Shown here piece after piece: positions 1 to 15,470 of a stretch of 64,000 bases of DNA. The DNA is taken from contig JAQGDQ010000162.1 of NCBI GenBank assembly GCA_030141605.1, forward strand, positions 1-64,000, in the 5' to 3' direction. The position numbers were made by a program, and so were the translations under genes. The notes under the pieces are model-generated. The model was given only the letters and a program-made list of their open reading frames with translations, made no database searches and was not told the origin of the DNA. Within the stretch, counting starts at the first letter, position 1; every line of letters starts with the position of its first letter. Origin of the DNA: Tubiluchus corallicola (taxonomy: Eukaryota; Animalia; Priapulida).

Positions 1-144
1 TTGCCAAAAGCGTGAGTATGTAATTAGTGGTGTTTTAGCAAAGTGCACGCGCTGGGCTATTTTAAATAATACACTTTTCACAATACTCACTATAAAATGA
101 GTCTTAATGAAAAACAGCATTTGAATGAGTGATGCCATTGTTTG

Positions 145-480
145 TCCATCCATCCATCCATCCATCCATCCATCCATCCATCCATCCATCCATCCATCCA
201 TCCATCCATCCAGTTAACCATTTATTCGTTCGTTCGTTCGTTCCTTCGTTTATTTATTCATTCATTTATTTATTCATTCATCCATCCATCCATCCATCCA
301 CCCATTAAATCATTTATTTGTTCTTTCGTTCATTGATTGATTGATTCATTCATTCATTTATTTGTTTGTTTATTCACTCATTCATTTATTCATTCATTCA
401 CCGTTAATTCGTTCATTCGCTTATTCGTTTACTCGTTCATTCACCCAATCATTCATTCGTTCGTTCAGCCATTCATACTC
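145..480. repeat. Compound tetranucleotide microsatellite (ATCC)n/(ATTC)n/(GTTC)n
   Basis: Visible tandem tetramers; the ORF 142-336 (SIHP/SFIH repeats) is an artefact of this repeat. Confidence 0.9.
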
Positions 481-3400
481 TTATTTGCTCATTCCTAAAT
501 CACACTTGTAGTACACAATTTAACCCCTACGTTCATTTTAATTAGAACTATACTTTTTTACTCTTGTATTACCAGCCGTCTTGGATATGGAAATGAATTA
601 TTAGCGACAGACAATATGCTTGCAGCATTGAATGGGCGGGAGATGCTAGATTAATCTACACTCGTGCAAACATAAAAGCCATTATCCGATTATGATATTA
701 CTCGATGATGCTGATAAATCGTCTCAAGAGGACAATAAGATTAAAGAAAGCGATGACTGCTGCGTTGCTGTGAATGAAAAAGCTGAAAGTATCGCGGAGA
801 TGATATTGCTGTTTAGAGACTCTGGCAATTTGAAAAATTATCCCTGCGAATGAAAAGTTATGAAATGTAGAAGTGATGAAAATTGGCAAATTTGAGTCGT
901 ACACATGATTTTTTACAAGAAAAACTTATTAAGGAAGTGAAATATTAATATTTGCTTAATAGACCATCAACTCATACATTTGTTCGTATTTAATGTTGTT
1001 TTTGCGGTCATCATCCTCGTCATCGTGCCTATCGTCATCATAATCATTGTGATAATCATTATAGTCGTCATTGTCGAAATTATCTTACTAATCATTATCT
1101 TCATCATCGTCATGGACGGACTTTAATTTCACTGATTTTATGTATTATATTTTATATGGACTTTTTTGCCTGAAATAAACCGTAATCAAAAGGGAGGCTT
1201 GCAGTTGTTGACTTTAGTAACATAACTTGCAAAGATGTAAAATTGCTTTTATTTTCTATTTTTAGTTTGCCAGTTAGCAAAAACTCTGAAAAGTTCACGT
1301 TTAATTACGTAAATTATAAGAAACCGTCATCGCTGAAACGTAGAACTAATAAATTTCAATCGCAGAACTGCATAGAACGAACGTGTGCCAAATCAGGAAT
1401 CATTCTTACTTGTTAGTCAACTAACATTGATGGAATTCAGCACGTGACCGTGTTTTCTACTTCCTGTTAGCGACTCCTACTTCCGTTATTAGATATGTCA
1501 GGAGCTGTGTCATTAGTATTCATACTGCCTAGCGGAAACACAACTCCAATTCTGACTGTAACAACTCTTAATTAACTAGCCGTCTCTGTTTCCATAGCGT
1601 CGCCTGATTTTTCATCTGCTTCAGCTAAAGGTTGTTAATGCTGCGCTTAAGAAATATAGAATCGCTGAAGCCGTGTTATGTTAAAGTACTGTCTGAAGGA
1701 TGAAGCCAATTAGATAGAGCTATACTGGTTAGAGCATAATAGTTGAGATGAGGCAAACAGAAAGAATACGTATAAAGTACTGACTAGGCTACTTGTAAAA
1801 TAAGATTTTTCTACGTCTCGGTCTATTTTATTATTATGCAAAAATTTAACGCCATTTAGGCTGTGAGGTTAAATTGTGCAAACTCACAGGTAAGTGATGG
1901 TGTTGCTGTAAGATCACTATTACAATTATAATAAAGTTTGTGAAACCAATCAAAGTTAGCAGAAGAAAACGCTCTTAGGGATTAATAATTTTTAAAAACT
2001 TATTTAAAATTTTAAAACTTTAAAATCAGTCGAACATCTAACGCTAATTAACTGCATTACTGTAACTTTTCAGAAACAATTAAGATTATCGTAGACCTAA
2101 TTGGCTTTCCGTACCATATTATTATTATTATAACGTCTTATATAGAAAATACAATTCATATTTAGTTAAATTTTAGGGGCCTTTTAATGAGATGTATTCA
2201 ATTTTTGGGTATTGTTTTAATAAATTTTATTTTTGTACGTCGTAATATGTTTTATAGAATCAGCATAAGAGCGCTTGCTACTGATGATTTCTTTTTTTAT
2301 GCTATTGTAACGTATGTATAAGTGTCAATAACGAAAAAATAAAAATAAAAATAAAAATTAAATAAAATCTTCATTTAAAGTCCGTATTAGAGTCGACAAT
2401 TAACGCCAGCTTACACGTAGTTCCGACGATACTAACAATTTACAACAACATAATAAGGGTTCTTATTACACCGCTTCTATCCGTTATTAGGGCAACAGCA
2501 ATTACCATTTTTGTAGTTTTTAGTGTGACCTGGCCGCAGGATCCAACTCACAACCATTCCAGACGCGTTATCCATTATACCATCCAGCCTTAATGGGACC
2601 CTCCAGACCTTAAAGGTTACTGAACATCTTATGCCTTGGTGTCACTGACAGTATGGTATCATCTACTGGGTCGGTCTAAAGCTCGCACCATTTTGGAAAC
2701 GTGGAATGAAAATACAAGTAGGGGGCGGTATTAAGCAAGTTTAAACTTTGCTGTTCTTTCAAAGATCACAGTCAATATAATCTTATATTTTAGACATAGA
2801 TCTGTTTATTGTTCCTTTCATTTATTGTTTCTTTGTCATAATTATTATCATCATCATCATCATCATAATCATTATCATCATCACTATCATCGACATCATC
2901 TTTATCGTCAACAACAGCATCATCGTCAAATTATCGTCGCCATCATCGTCATCATCATCATGCTACCGTCTTAGTTGTAATCTTTGCAGTCACAGCCGCC
3001 ATCATCGTCACCGTTTTGACTGTGTTCAAATATAAGAGGAACAAGACTGTATATATCGCCATTGTTGCTGGGTATCTGATCTATAATCACTTTAATTTCT
3101 CGCGGATCAACCATGGAAGTGTTTCCCAGGCTACACAGAAGCCAGTCAGTTAATATAGGAGATGACTATGGACACTTCAGTTTACCACAAAAGAGCCCCC
3201 CTTATTTTCGTATTTAACATGCATTTGCCGTCTCCCGTCCGACACCGAAAAAGCATTTAATCGAGATTGCCGACTTTATGATTAACTGATATATATTTCA
3301 AATAACCGTCCTCAATATTTTCCAAAGCTCAAAGTCACAAAGCGGCGAGATGACAAAGCGGGAGAATGGCTTCCACAAAAGAGGCAGAATGGCTTGCACA

Positions 3401-6400
3401 GAAGCGTCCCATTGATTGCCTAAGCGACGGCGATATGTCAACGCCGCCGGTCTCAATAAACCCTGATTCATCGCCGCCTCTCAATACGGGCTAAAATGAC
3501 CATGGTCGCCCTTTTAAAAAAATCTAACAGGAAGTCCAATGAAAAGCGTTTGAGGGAAAACACTTACGAAAACTTTGCGCAAACCGAAAGCCAAAAAAAA
3601 CATAACATCCAGATCGCACGTACGCCAATTCTGGCTTTTGTAACGCCCGCCTAGGTCGATATCGGTTGTCATAGCAACACCAAGCAGCAGTAGAGTAAAT
3701 TAATGTGCTTCAATCGTAAATGGATTGTCAAGTCAAAAAGGATATGTTGATAATTACCGATATATTAGCTGTTTGCGGTTGCCAGCTATTCCAGGCAACC
3801 ATCAACGATCAGAAGAGGGCAACACTATATAGTGATGGCAACACTATCCGCAATGACGTTACTGGTTCACGTGGACCCAAGATTAGATTCTAAAGAAAAT
3901 GATATCTCTTCTCTTTGCAGACGCCTCCAAACTCAAACCGATGCAGGGTGTCGCATAATGGAATATAGTTTGTTCTGATCAGACGGCGATGTACGATCGT
4001 CAATCGGTTAGCGCTTCCCCGCAGTTTGCTTAATCTCCACTGACAGGATTATTATTGATCACACAAAGAAAGTAAATCAATCAATAGATCGTGTGATCAA
4101 CTAGCAGGTGATCCACTCCGTGTGACTGGGTGCTGCCTGCAGAGTGCAGAATAATAGGTGTGCAGCCAGTGCTTAACTATAGAGATTGATGATATCATAC
4201 ACATATATATATATATATCATAGTATCATGAGCTTCTATTATATTTTGAATAATGTTAAATGCCATTGTATAGCAAAATAAGACTTTGCCGATATCCTGT
4301 CTTTTTACTGAAGCCCAGTTTCTTTATTGTATTTATTTGATTTCCCGAGTTTGATAACTTTGAGTTAATCAAAAATAGCAATTGTTGTACGAATCCAAAG
4401 GTAAATTATTTTCGAAACGAAACTTGAAACACAGGAATTTGTAAAAACGTTGGGACTCACCTTGAATTTGAGTTAGGGGCCTTCTGGTTACAAGCTGCAT
4501 ACCACTTCTGCTCGACCGCTTAGGTTGCTAGACTGTTGTCTGCCTTGTAAACAGAATCAAATCGAGGCTGTGGTCCAACGTTTTCACATTTTAGGTTTTT
4601 TTAGTTTGGTTTCAAAAATTCGGTTAATTTGGGTGAACCGTCATTAATACTAATCTTGATAAATTATTAAGACTATTGTTTAAATAATTAGTAACAATTG
4701 TGGGTTTATTCATAGAATCATAAAACTATTAAGAAGCAAAAGAAAATACTTGGAAACAAACTAAATCCTTTATAAAAATGGCAGATAACAAACTCCAGGT
4801 TCGCCCACTTTTGTGACACTTAATTAAGAAATTTATTTGATAATTTCGGGTACAAATTATTGTGGCAAGTTAGTTAAACTCTATTTTGAAATGTAGTGTA
4901 AATGCGGTGTAATTATATACGCAATTTAGCAAACAAAAGACATGAAAAAAATACGCTGTCATGGTAAGTCACGATGGGATGGAGCAATTACGTTCAAATT
5001 ATTTCTGTTATGATTGTATCTCTTTCGTTTTTGTCTTAAATTAAAATATTGTTGGTGAGACAGTAAGGCGTAAGAATTCAAATTATGTTATAGTCAACAG
5101 TAGTTTTTTTTATTTTTATTTTTGTTGGTTTAAGCTTCTGTTCTTAGCAGATTATTGTTTGAATCAAGTTTTTTATTTTTTGACTATATACATAATTTTT
5201 AACAAAATTATACCTCCTGTTTCGAGGGGCTTAGTGCATGTACATGCACGGTTATAATTGTTACTCAGAAAAACAACAGCCTTAAGGTTTAAGGCACATT
5301 AGACGCACGCCATTGCTAAACATAGGTAGAAACCAAATCATAGGTAGAAATAATTATACAAGTAATTAAGTAAAGTAACCAAAGATGCTGCTGAGTTGTT
5401 GATAAGTCATGAAATTTTTATAACAAATAAGCTGAGTTTGTAGCATTGCAGGAAACGTTGGCGTGATGTTAACTTAACGAAATAAAACGGCCAAATAAAC
5501 AAATTTGAAACTAAATTGATTGTTGCTATAAATAATAAAGCGATTTGATCATACATCTGTTCACACGAATCTTTAAAGATCGAGCAAATTTATAATAGCA
5601 ACGTAAAGTTTTTGGTCATGGCTTAATAATACTGTATACCGTGGCAAATATACATAGTTATTGTGAGAAGTCAGGGTGTGTGCTTAGTAATTGAAGTTAA
5701 GTAATAGTAGGGTTGTGTAGCAAATGGATTTTGGATAGACTGTTAAACAGGTTCTCGGTAGTATCATCTGCCGTACTGCCCAGCATATTTACTTTGTTGA
5801 ACGAAAGAGGTATTCGCCTATCAGTTCTTGTCTCATCTCGAAGAATTAATGAGTTAGATTTCGGTCCCACCACAAGTACCAACATATTAAATACACTTTG
5901 CTGTTAGTGCTCATTACTAGCTTGTAGTGAATGAACAGTATAAAGTATTATAGTAATCTCGGTTATTGCTAATTTTCAAGAAGTACCGGGCATTGTTTTT
6001 TATTTCATGCAGTACTCACCTATGTAAAAAATTGCAGTAACAACATTGAATGTCTCAGCAGCAGAAAATTTTATTTTGGGCAAATTCATTAAGTGTTTAT
6101 GATGTACAGGCAGCATTTTTTAAAGCAAAACCGAACCCAATCTTAAACTGTAGGTCAATCAACAATCAACTGTTTAAAATATTGAAATGAAACACACAAT
6201 TTTTTCAAAAATGATTTACGTGAAAGAATTATCACCACATAAACACAATTTCACGTTCGCGCAACTAGTTCTTCGCTGTTACATACATTTCGCCATTCTC
6301 TAGTTAGACGAGCACTAGCACCTGCATTTCGGAAGCGCATTACACAAAAACAGATGCTGTACCTCTCAGTTCATTTGTGTTAGTTTCTGACGAACTATGC

Positions 6401-7271
6401 AAATTCGACAGCTCATGCGTGAGAGAAGGGGTAAATTCGAAATTCGAATTTTTATCTTAAAACTTGTCTAGTTTTAGTACAACACACTGAATATCTTACA
6501 GTAGTATTGTACTTCAATTTTCGCTTTCGCAAACACGTGCAACACGCTCGTAGAATATTTTTACTGTTGAAAATTATGTTAGTTTGTGATGTCATCAATA
6601 GCTGGGTTCGCCCGCCGTTAATTAAGTTCTTAATCTATTATTTAAATACCATGAACGCTTTTGCAGTATTAATCGTGTTAAAATGTACACTTTTGAAAAT
6701 TGGGTAGTATGTGAAAAATCATCCTGTTTTCCTTTAAGTTTGTTGATCTGTAACAATGCATCATAAATAGCCTACTACATGTATTTTGTTTTCATACAAA
6801 GGGTAACAAAAATATTTTTGTGGTGTGTTAGAAATCAAAAACACACACGCGTGCAAAGCTTAAAAGTAATGACAAAAAGTTCTGTTAGCTTTGCTAAAAT
6901 CTCGTTAATTTCACCGTATTTGCTTTTACAAATGAAACGATAACAATCACCCGAATAACTAGGCGACATTTTCCCCAAAAATTTCGCACTGCAAACTCTG
7001 ACTGCAATGGATTTTCTCACGGTTTTCTCGGTTTGGGGTTTTTAACGGGCTCACGGAGCGTGACTAGGCGGTTGATTTTCTCATGTTTACGCTGCATTAG
7101 CTGCACGCGCGCTCACATTAAAGCACAGTATTCAGCGGCACGCTACCCACTCTACTGGCTATTGTTCCAAGAGAATTACTAATAATAAACCCGGAGTGTG
7201 CTAGCCGTGATGTCTACCAACAAATGCAGGATTAGGAGAAGACACAACTCAGCTGGTCTTCGCCAAGTCTT

Positions 7272-7585
7272 ATTATTATCATTATTACTTCATGATTACT
7301 ATTACTATTACTATTACTATTACTATTACTATTACTATTACTATTACTATTACTATTACTATTACTATTACTATTACTATTACTATTGCTATTGCTATTG
7401 CTATTGCTATTTCTATTGCTATTGCTATTGCTATTGCTATTGCTATTGCTATTGCTATTACTATTACTATTACTATTACTATTACTATTACTATTACTAT
7501 TATCATTATCATTATCATTATCATTATCATTATCATTATCATTAACATTATCATTATCATTATCATTATCATTATCATTATCATT

Positions 7586-7646
<61 letters not shown>

Positions 7647-7700
7647 GCAGCAGCATCATCAGCATCATCATCATCATCATCATTATCATCATTATTATTT
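7272..7700. repeat. Compound tri-/hexanucleotide microsatellite (TATTAC)n-(TATTGC)n-(TATCAT)n-(CAT)n
   Basis: Visible repeats; they produce the poly-Y/I/L/M pseudo-ORFs at 7198-7769. Confidence 0.95.
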
Positions 7701-8306
7701 TTATTATTGTTATTTATTTTATTTCAAACATTCACAGTGAATAGAACAATAAAAATAAGGCACAAGTAAAAACACAGTGTTAGTTTAAAGAAACATAGTA
7801 AGCTTATATACAAGAAAGGATTAGTTAGAATGGGTAAATAAAATTCTTCCAACGTATGCAGGAAAGACTAGGTACACTGTAGCTAACATACATTTGTCTT
7901 GCACTACAGCGACTAGGAAGATTAAAGAGTCCTCTAATGACATTATTATAAGTAATGCGCATTCTTTCAATATCATTTCCCTTATTGTGATTAAAACAGA
8001 AACCATTACAATAAAACTGTGCACTAAATGCTACAAAAAGTCTTTTCTTCTTAACAATTCTCTTTACAGTTTTCCACTTTTTCTGCCTCGCGGTGCTCTC
8101 CGTATTTGGGGGAAGAAAAATTTAAGTTCTAATAGTTTCGAAATTCCCCTACACCCGGAAAAACAGAGGTCCAACAACAAAAGCCTCTAGATGTTCAGAA
8201 GCAGAATTTTTCCGAAACAAAGGCAACTCGAAAACAAGATTGCCGCTATTGCGTTAGATCTGTATGAGCGTGAACGTAATTTCGGTTCGCAAGACAAATA
8301 AACATA

Positions 8307-8421
8307 CCAGTAAAAAATTAGATATTGCTATGCCAGTGGCTTGTCAGCACCACTTTCGTCTTCTTGCTCGGAAGTGATGCTGACAAGCCACTGGCATAGC
8401 AGTGTCTAGTTTTTTTGCTGG
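8307..8421. repeat. Long inverted repeat/hairpin (about 52-bp arms, 10-nt loop) in ERG/FLI intron
   Basis: CCAGTAAAAAATTAGATATTGCTATGCCAGTGGCTTGTCAGCACCACTTTCG pairs with CGGAAGTGATGCTGACAAGCCACTGGCATAGCAGTGTCTAGTTTTTTTGCTGG. Confidence 0.85.
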
Positions 8422-10240
8422 ATCGCTGCTGAGTGTACCTGACTTGAGGGCAGATATCTTTTATTTTGCAATTTCTGCCTGTCCAATGCCATGGCGTATG
8501 ACAATGATAACAGTCACTTTCACATATCCGGTTTGTGCGGTTGCCGCACGGAAGTGATGCGTTTAGTGATAAACCGCTCGAACCGCATAAATCAAACTGC
8601 TAAAAAACTTCATTGTGTGTTATAATGATTCACATTCCGTACGCAGCGGCACGCTTATTATACTCAAAACGGAAAAGAGGCGTGACGTAGTTGTGAGTTA
8701 AACAAATAACAGTTTGCAATAAGATGTTAATTGTAAATACACAACTGCTTGTAAGAAAAGGAGGTCTAGTAGAGCTTTTTAAACTCGCAATAATTATCAT
8801 ATTAAAATGTCTCGCTAATCAGGAATCAATGATGATTTTATTGTTAAATACGGCAAATCTTTACTTTTGGATTATTCAAATTAAAGAGTAAATTTCGTGA
8901 ATTTTCATTATGTCTGTCTCAAGATGTTTATTAAATAAACGTCACAATATAAAAAGGAAATTAAAACAAAATAATACAGCTTTAGTGCAACGAAACAAAA
9001 ACAAATTTATTCATCAACGAACACTATTTATCAACTACAGGACTCGAATAAAAAAGAAAAATCCACTTCAACTAATCTGCAGATATTAAAACTAAAATCT
9101 TACTAGCTAAGAATAAAATTTAAAACAACAGGATTGTTGTTTTAAACACTGTTTGATTAATAAACACTGAAACAGGATATGTTCATTAGATTAATAAACC
9201 AACCGGATCAATAGTTTCAACTTGAATAAAAGTATACAAATGACATAAATTAATAAAAAAAAACATATTGCCACATCAACCGCCAGGTTAGTTTTTTATC
9301 TCTGTCATTAACTAATTATCACTAATATTGAGGATGATGGTCAACTGAAACTTGTGACTTAAAAGCAAATTCTTCATTTTCTCGAGTGTAACTTCCATTT
9401 TCAAAAGTCGCCGCATAAAGTTGAATTTTTACACAGACACCCAGAAAGCCGTCCAGAGTAGCATTTTAAAAATCCCCTGAAATCCATATTGGTGAAGAAG
9501 GCCGCCGACCCTGCTCTAAAGTTAAAGTAGTTCAACCTGGAGGCGTTCAGGATGGCATAAATAAGCTTGAATGACATTGAAACCTCATTTTTTGTTAAAC
9601 CATATGCAAGTTTATATCAGCTGGTAATACATTTATGCCATCTTAAATGTTATTTTGGCTTTAATGCTGCGTTGGTGGCCATTTTTAAGTTAAAGCCCCT
9701 TATCTTTTTCCCCGAAGTGGATTTATGAGGATTTTCAATATGTTATTCTGGGTGACCTTTTGGGTGTCTGTGCAAAAATTACTGTATTTTTGACCATGTC
9801 ACACCTTATTTTGAACGGACTATAAGTGCGCAGTTTAGAAGCAGAGGTAAAAATAGCAAAAACCTTTTACGGTTCTTAACTTGTAAGTGTTATACCCCAA
9901 ACATAAGTTTTCAAAGTTTTCTTTAGCATCTAAATGCTACACCCGTAATATCTGATCTGATTTACTTAAAAATAAAATTGAAAAACAGCGAAGAAACTGA
10001 TTTGTTGCTAAATCTTTCTAAGTTTAAACACTTTTAGGCAGATAATATTACCTAGATTGTTTTTCATGTCTATAAATTTGAATATGTCATCATCAGAGAC
10101 AATCTATGAATGCTATATCTAGAAAGTACACAATTCACACAAAAATAATACATGCAAACCTTCCTTAAGCCTTCTTTAATGCCTTCCATACATTTTATTG
10201 TTTTTACAAAACCTCAGAACATTGGATTTGTAAAAGGTTT

Positions 10241-10625
10241 ATCATTCATTCATTCATTCATTCATTCATTCATTCATTCATTCATTCATTCATTCATTCA
10301 TTCATTCATTCATTCATTCATTCATTCATTCATTCATTCATTCATTCATTCATTCATTCATTCATTCATTTATTCATTCCTTCATTCATTCATTCGTCCA
10401 TCCATCCATCCATCCATCTATCCATCCGTCCATCTATCCATCCATTCCTTCCTTCCTTCCTTTCTTCCTTTCTTCCTTTCTTCCTTTCTTCCTTTCTTCC
10501 TTTCTTCCTTCCTTCCTTCCTTCCTTCATTCATTCATTCATTCATTCGTTCATTCATTCGTTCATTCATTCATTCATTCAATCAGTCAGTCAGTCAGTCA
10601 GTCAGTCACTCAGTTAGTCAGTCAA
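10241..10625. repeat. Compound tetranucleotide microsatellite (TTCA)n-(ATCC)n-(TTCC/TTTC)n-(TCAG)n
   Basis: Visible repeats; ORF 10152-10739 is an artefact. Confidence 0.95.
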
Positions 10626-13159
10626 CCAATCATGCGTCCATGCCACGTAAAATTCCTATCCGCTAGCTGCATGAATTCAGTTATTCCACTTAATGCAAAA
10701 AATAGCAATAAAAAATGTACTTTTCTGCTTGCCATATAATCAATATACCGATTTTATGTTTAAAACACGTATAGTCTTATCGCTCAGTGCTTTTTATCGT
10801 TACTGTCATTATGATAATCACTGCGTAAACATTTTACATCATATTTAAAACGCATCAATTGTTGTTGGTCGAACTACAGTTGTTATCGCGTCAGAATGCA
10901 TCAAGTGGAGTGGCACGTGTACATCAAGTTTGTTTTGCCTGAGCTCGCATCACTTCTTTGGCTAATGTCCTTTGTCTGTTTATTACGATAAATTCAAGTA
11001 TGGCGATTGCAACTAGGAGAGATTCAGCGTGGAAACTATGATTTTAATAAAGGAAATAAGAGCCGGCGGCGTGCACGTGTCTTCGTTTGTTTTGCACCAG
11101 GGTTTCATTCTTGGACCACTATTATTTCACTCCAGCGAGCGTGCAGTAAGTTAAGCAATACCTGACTGGCTGCGTGCTTCGCTCAGCGGGTGGTACGGGA
11201 GCTGTGATTGGCTTGTGATTTCTAGTGCACGAAATATGCCTGGTGCCTGCCGTTGACAAGTATTGGATTCTGCAAGTTGTGATTTTTGACGAACAGGCAA
11301 CAGTGTTCGATTAGCGATCTATCAGTGACATTACCTTATGCTGTGCTGTACCTGAGGCAAGCGGATTTAGCATTTTGGACATGAGATTGACAGTTGGCAG
11401 TGTAGGCCGTGCTTTAGTACTGTTGCAATTTAGGTCAACTCTGGAACGGTAATGAGTTAATGTGTGTGCTTAACGTGAAATCAGAGTTGCCGGAGTGTGC
11501 GGACAGGAAGAGTTTCGGGATGAAACGGGAAGATTACGCACTAAAACGAGAGGATTATCTCGCAGCAGCTGGAAACCTTTCTCGATTTTCCGTCTTTCTT
11601 GCCGGTAATAATTAACTCACCTGTAATTAACTCACCTATGATCAAAAAATCTCTGTCAAGCTGAGCAATTGCCTGTTGGCTTCAAAGTTGCAACTCAGAG
11701 TTAGTGGCAGGTGAAAGAAAGGGGATGTGAGAGAGACAAGAGGACGCGCGAGGGAGGAAGAGAGAGAGAGACAGACAGACAGATAAATAGAGAAAGAGAG
11801 AGAGGGATGAAAGAGGAGAGAGAGCGAGTGAAGAGTTTACATTTTGGCAACGTGCAGTATATAAAAGACGAATTTTATTACTTCTTTTCATAAGCACCAT
11901 TTTTGTAATTACATTTGTATGTCTAAACAAGTAAAGTAGTTAAAATAGAACAGGTGTCGTTGCAATACCTGTAATTAAGTGGAGATTCTCTTTCGCCGTG
12001 TCGTCTTCTATTACACAATTCCTTTTTACAGTAACACTGACCTTTCCTCTGTTGTATTGAAGATGCACTTTCAATTATTAAAATTTACAATAATGAAGCT
12101 TTTTAAACGTTGTAGTCCTTTATGTCACAGTTTATTTATCTTCTTCCGTTTTGGTGTTTCGCTTAAATGTTTCAAGACGGTAAAAATTGTGTTTATTTAA
12201 ATATTCAGATTTATAGGTAGATAGATAGACTGGTAGACAAACGCCTTTATTTCAGACTTTTCGTCCACATAACATAAAATACAAGTACATAAAAAATGGA
12301 AACTACAAACTACACATCAATATTTACAGAGACAAATTACAAAGTTAAATGAAATGTACAAATAACTTGTCTCTCCACTTGATCCATATTAAAGAACGCA
12401 AGTATACGTCACTATTTAAAATTTTGGCTACAAGAGAATTGCTTACTTTCATTGTACGGCACATGGTACTATAAAAACACTTGCTTTCTACAACTTTAAA
12501 ATGCGGCTTTTTAATTTGGCTGTAATTCTGCTTACAGTGCACGATTATTCAACCCTGAAAAATTTGGCCAATCCTTTATAAATGCTGCCCTGATATTTGT
12601 TAGATCGTAATTATAAAATGAAACATCGAGTGACTGTATGTTTTACTAGAAAGATATCTAGCTGGATCTATCTAGAAAACCTAATCATAACGGAGACCAG
12701 ACTCACTCAGTCCAGCATGTGACACTCTCAATCCTGGAATCAGTCCTGCTTCGGTCTCTGCAGACAGCATTGCTAGGTGTAACTTGTAGTTGTCAAGGAA
12801 AAATGCTTGAAAACAATGGTTGCCTAGAAGCCCGTTTCCTCTTATTAGACGAATTTTAAAATATCGAATTTGATCTTTTTCTGGCTCAAGCAGCGGTGCA
12901 GTTTTTGATTAAAAAATTTGGATTAGTACTCATTTGGGCAAAGTTAGGACCACGCTCATTGAAGAGTGCCTCACTGGCTAACAGGCAAAACACTCTTTAG
13001 CATGTTGGGCATCTTCACCAGGGCGCCTTTTTCAAGGGCTGGCCATTATTTCATTTCGTTTTAATATGGACGATTTTACTGTAATTATGCTTACAAAAAT
13101 GGTGTTAATGTATTTGCAGATTAGTACCAAAAGTTAATGCATCATAATCATCATTACTA

Positions 13160-13550
13160 TTATTGTTGTTGTTGTTGTTGTTGTTGCTGTTGTTGTTGTT
13201 GTTGTTGTTAATTTGTATTGCGTTTAAATCTATAAACGGCTCGATTGACAACATTCAGAAACACTTCACAAAAATATCTAAAATCAATATGACAGATTTA
13301 AAAGGTTCACAAGATCAAACAGTGATCCTACTAAATTTCATAAAATTACAATAAATAAATGCATAAAAGCATACAGATTCACAAAATACAAAGATACAAC
13401 AAATCGCTTGATGACTTCAAATATTGTATGCTATTTTAAATAAGGATGCTTTAAACTGTATTTTAAAAACGTTAGTGCTCGAAAGTGTCCTGACGTGGAA
13501 AGGTAAACTGTCCCAATGAGTTGGTCCTGCAACAGCAAATCACCTAGGAA
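13160..13550 (-). mobile_element. 3' end of an L2/CR1-group non-LTR retrotransposon with (CAA)n tail
   Basis: Minus strand near 13430-13545 reads FAVAGPTHWDSLPFHVRTLSSTNVFKIQFKASLF, the typical ORF2 C-terminal motif (FSVAGPxxWNSLP..FKxxLKTxLF); a short tandem-repeat tail follows at 13160-13210. Confidence 0.6.
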
Positions 13551-14056
13551 CAGAACGCTCTGGGAATCGTAAGCAAAAGGATATCAGTAGAGATTTTTTG
13601 GACGAATCTTCTCACAAATGAAGCTTTTCCCACTGATATACTTCCAAGTCTGATAGTTTGTTTGGATTGTTAGCATAGTGTAAGTCCAATAGTAAAAGAG
13701 GAACCTTTACCTTAATCGACATAAGACTATCCTAGCAGAGGATCATTCCATTGTAAAGACTTTTTACAATCACCTATAGAGCATTGAAAACTCCACATAA
13801 GTCAGTAAACTCTATGTTATTCAGCTAGACCCATTGGAAGATCACCATGGAGCTTGGGAACTAATCGTATGTCATTTGACACAAAATCTAACCTATGCTT
13901 TGTGATTTTTTTATTTTTCTTCTTCCTCTTTATCAAAGAATAGATGTTTTTTCTTAATTATTATATTCGGTCGGTTATAATTAATACTGATAATTAAAGT
14001 AGCATAGTGACGCAGTAATATGAAAATTACAGCAGAATTTTCTCGTTTTTTTTCAG

Positions 14057-14122
14057 AGCCATCATACGATTCATTCAGAAAAGGAGCTTGGCCTAGTTCA
14101 CACGCCTGTACTCAAAGTCAAA
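14057..14122 (+). CDS. ERG: ERG/FLI1-like ETS factor, internal exon (66 bp, phase 1-1)
   Basis: Acceptor tttttttcag, donor AA/gtaagt; encodes (E)PSYDSFRKGAWPSSHACTQSQ, similar to FLI1 DPSYDSVRRGAW; in frame with downstream exons. Confidence 0.85.
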
Positions 14123-14169
14123 GTAAGTAGTGGCTTCAGCTTCTTTGCACATTGTTTCTCCGCGCACAA

Positions 14170-15470
<1,301 letters not shown>

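Noticed and set aside
7198-7769. Four overlapping low-complexity ORFs (poly-Y/I/L/M)
   Set aside because: Stop-free frames of a microsatellite, with no splice or homology support.
10152-10739. 195-aa ORF with SFIH repeats
   Set aside because: Translation of a tetranucleotide microsatellite.
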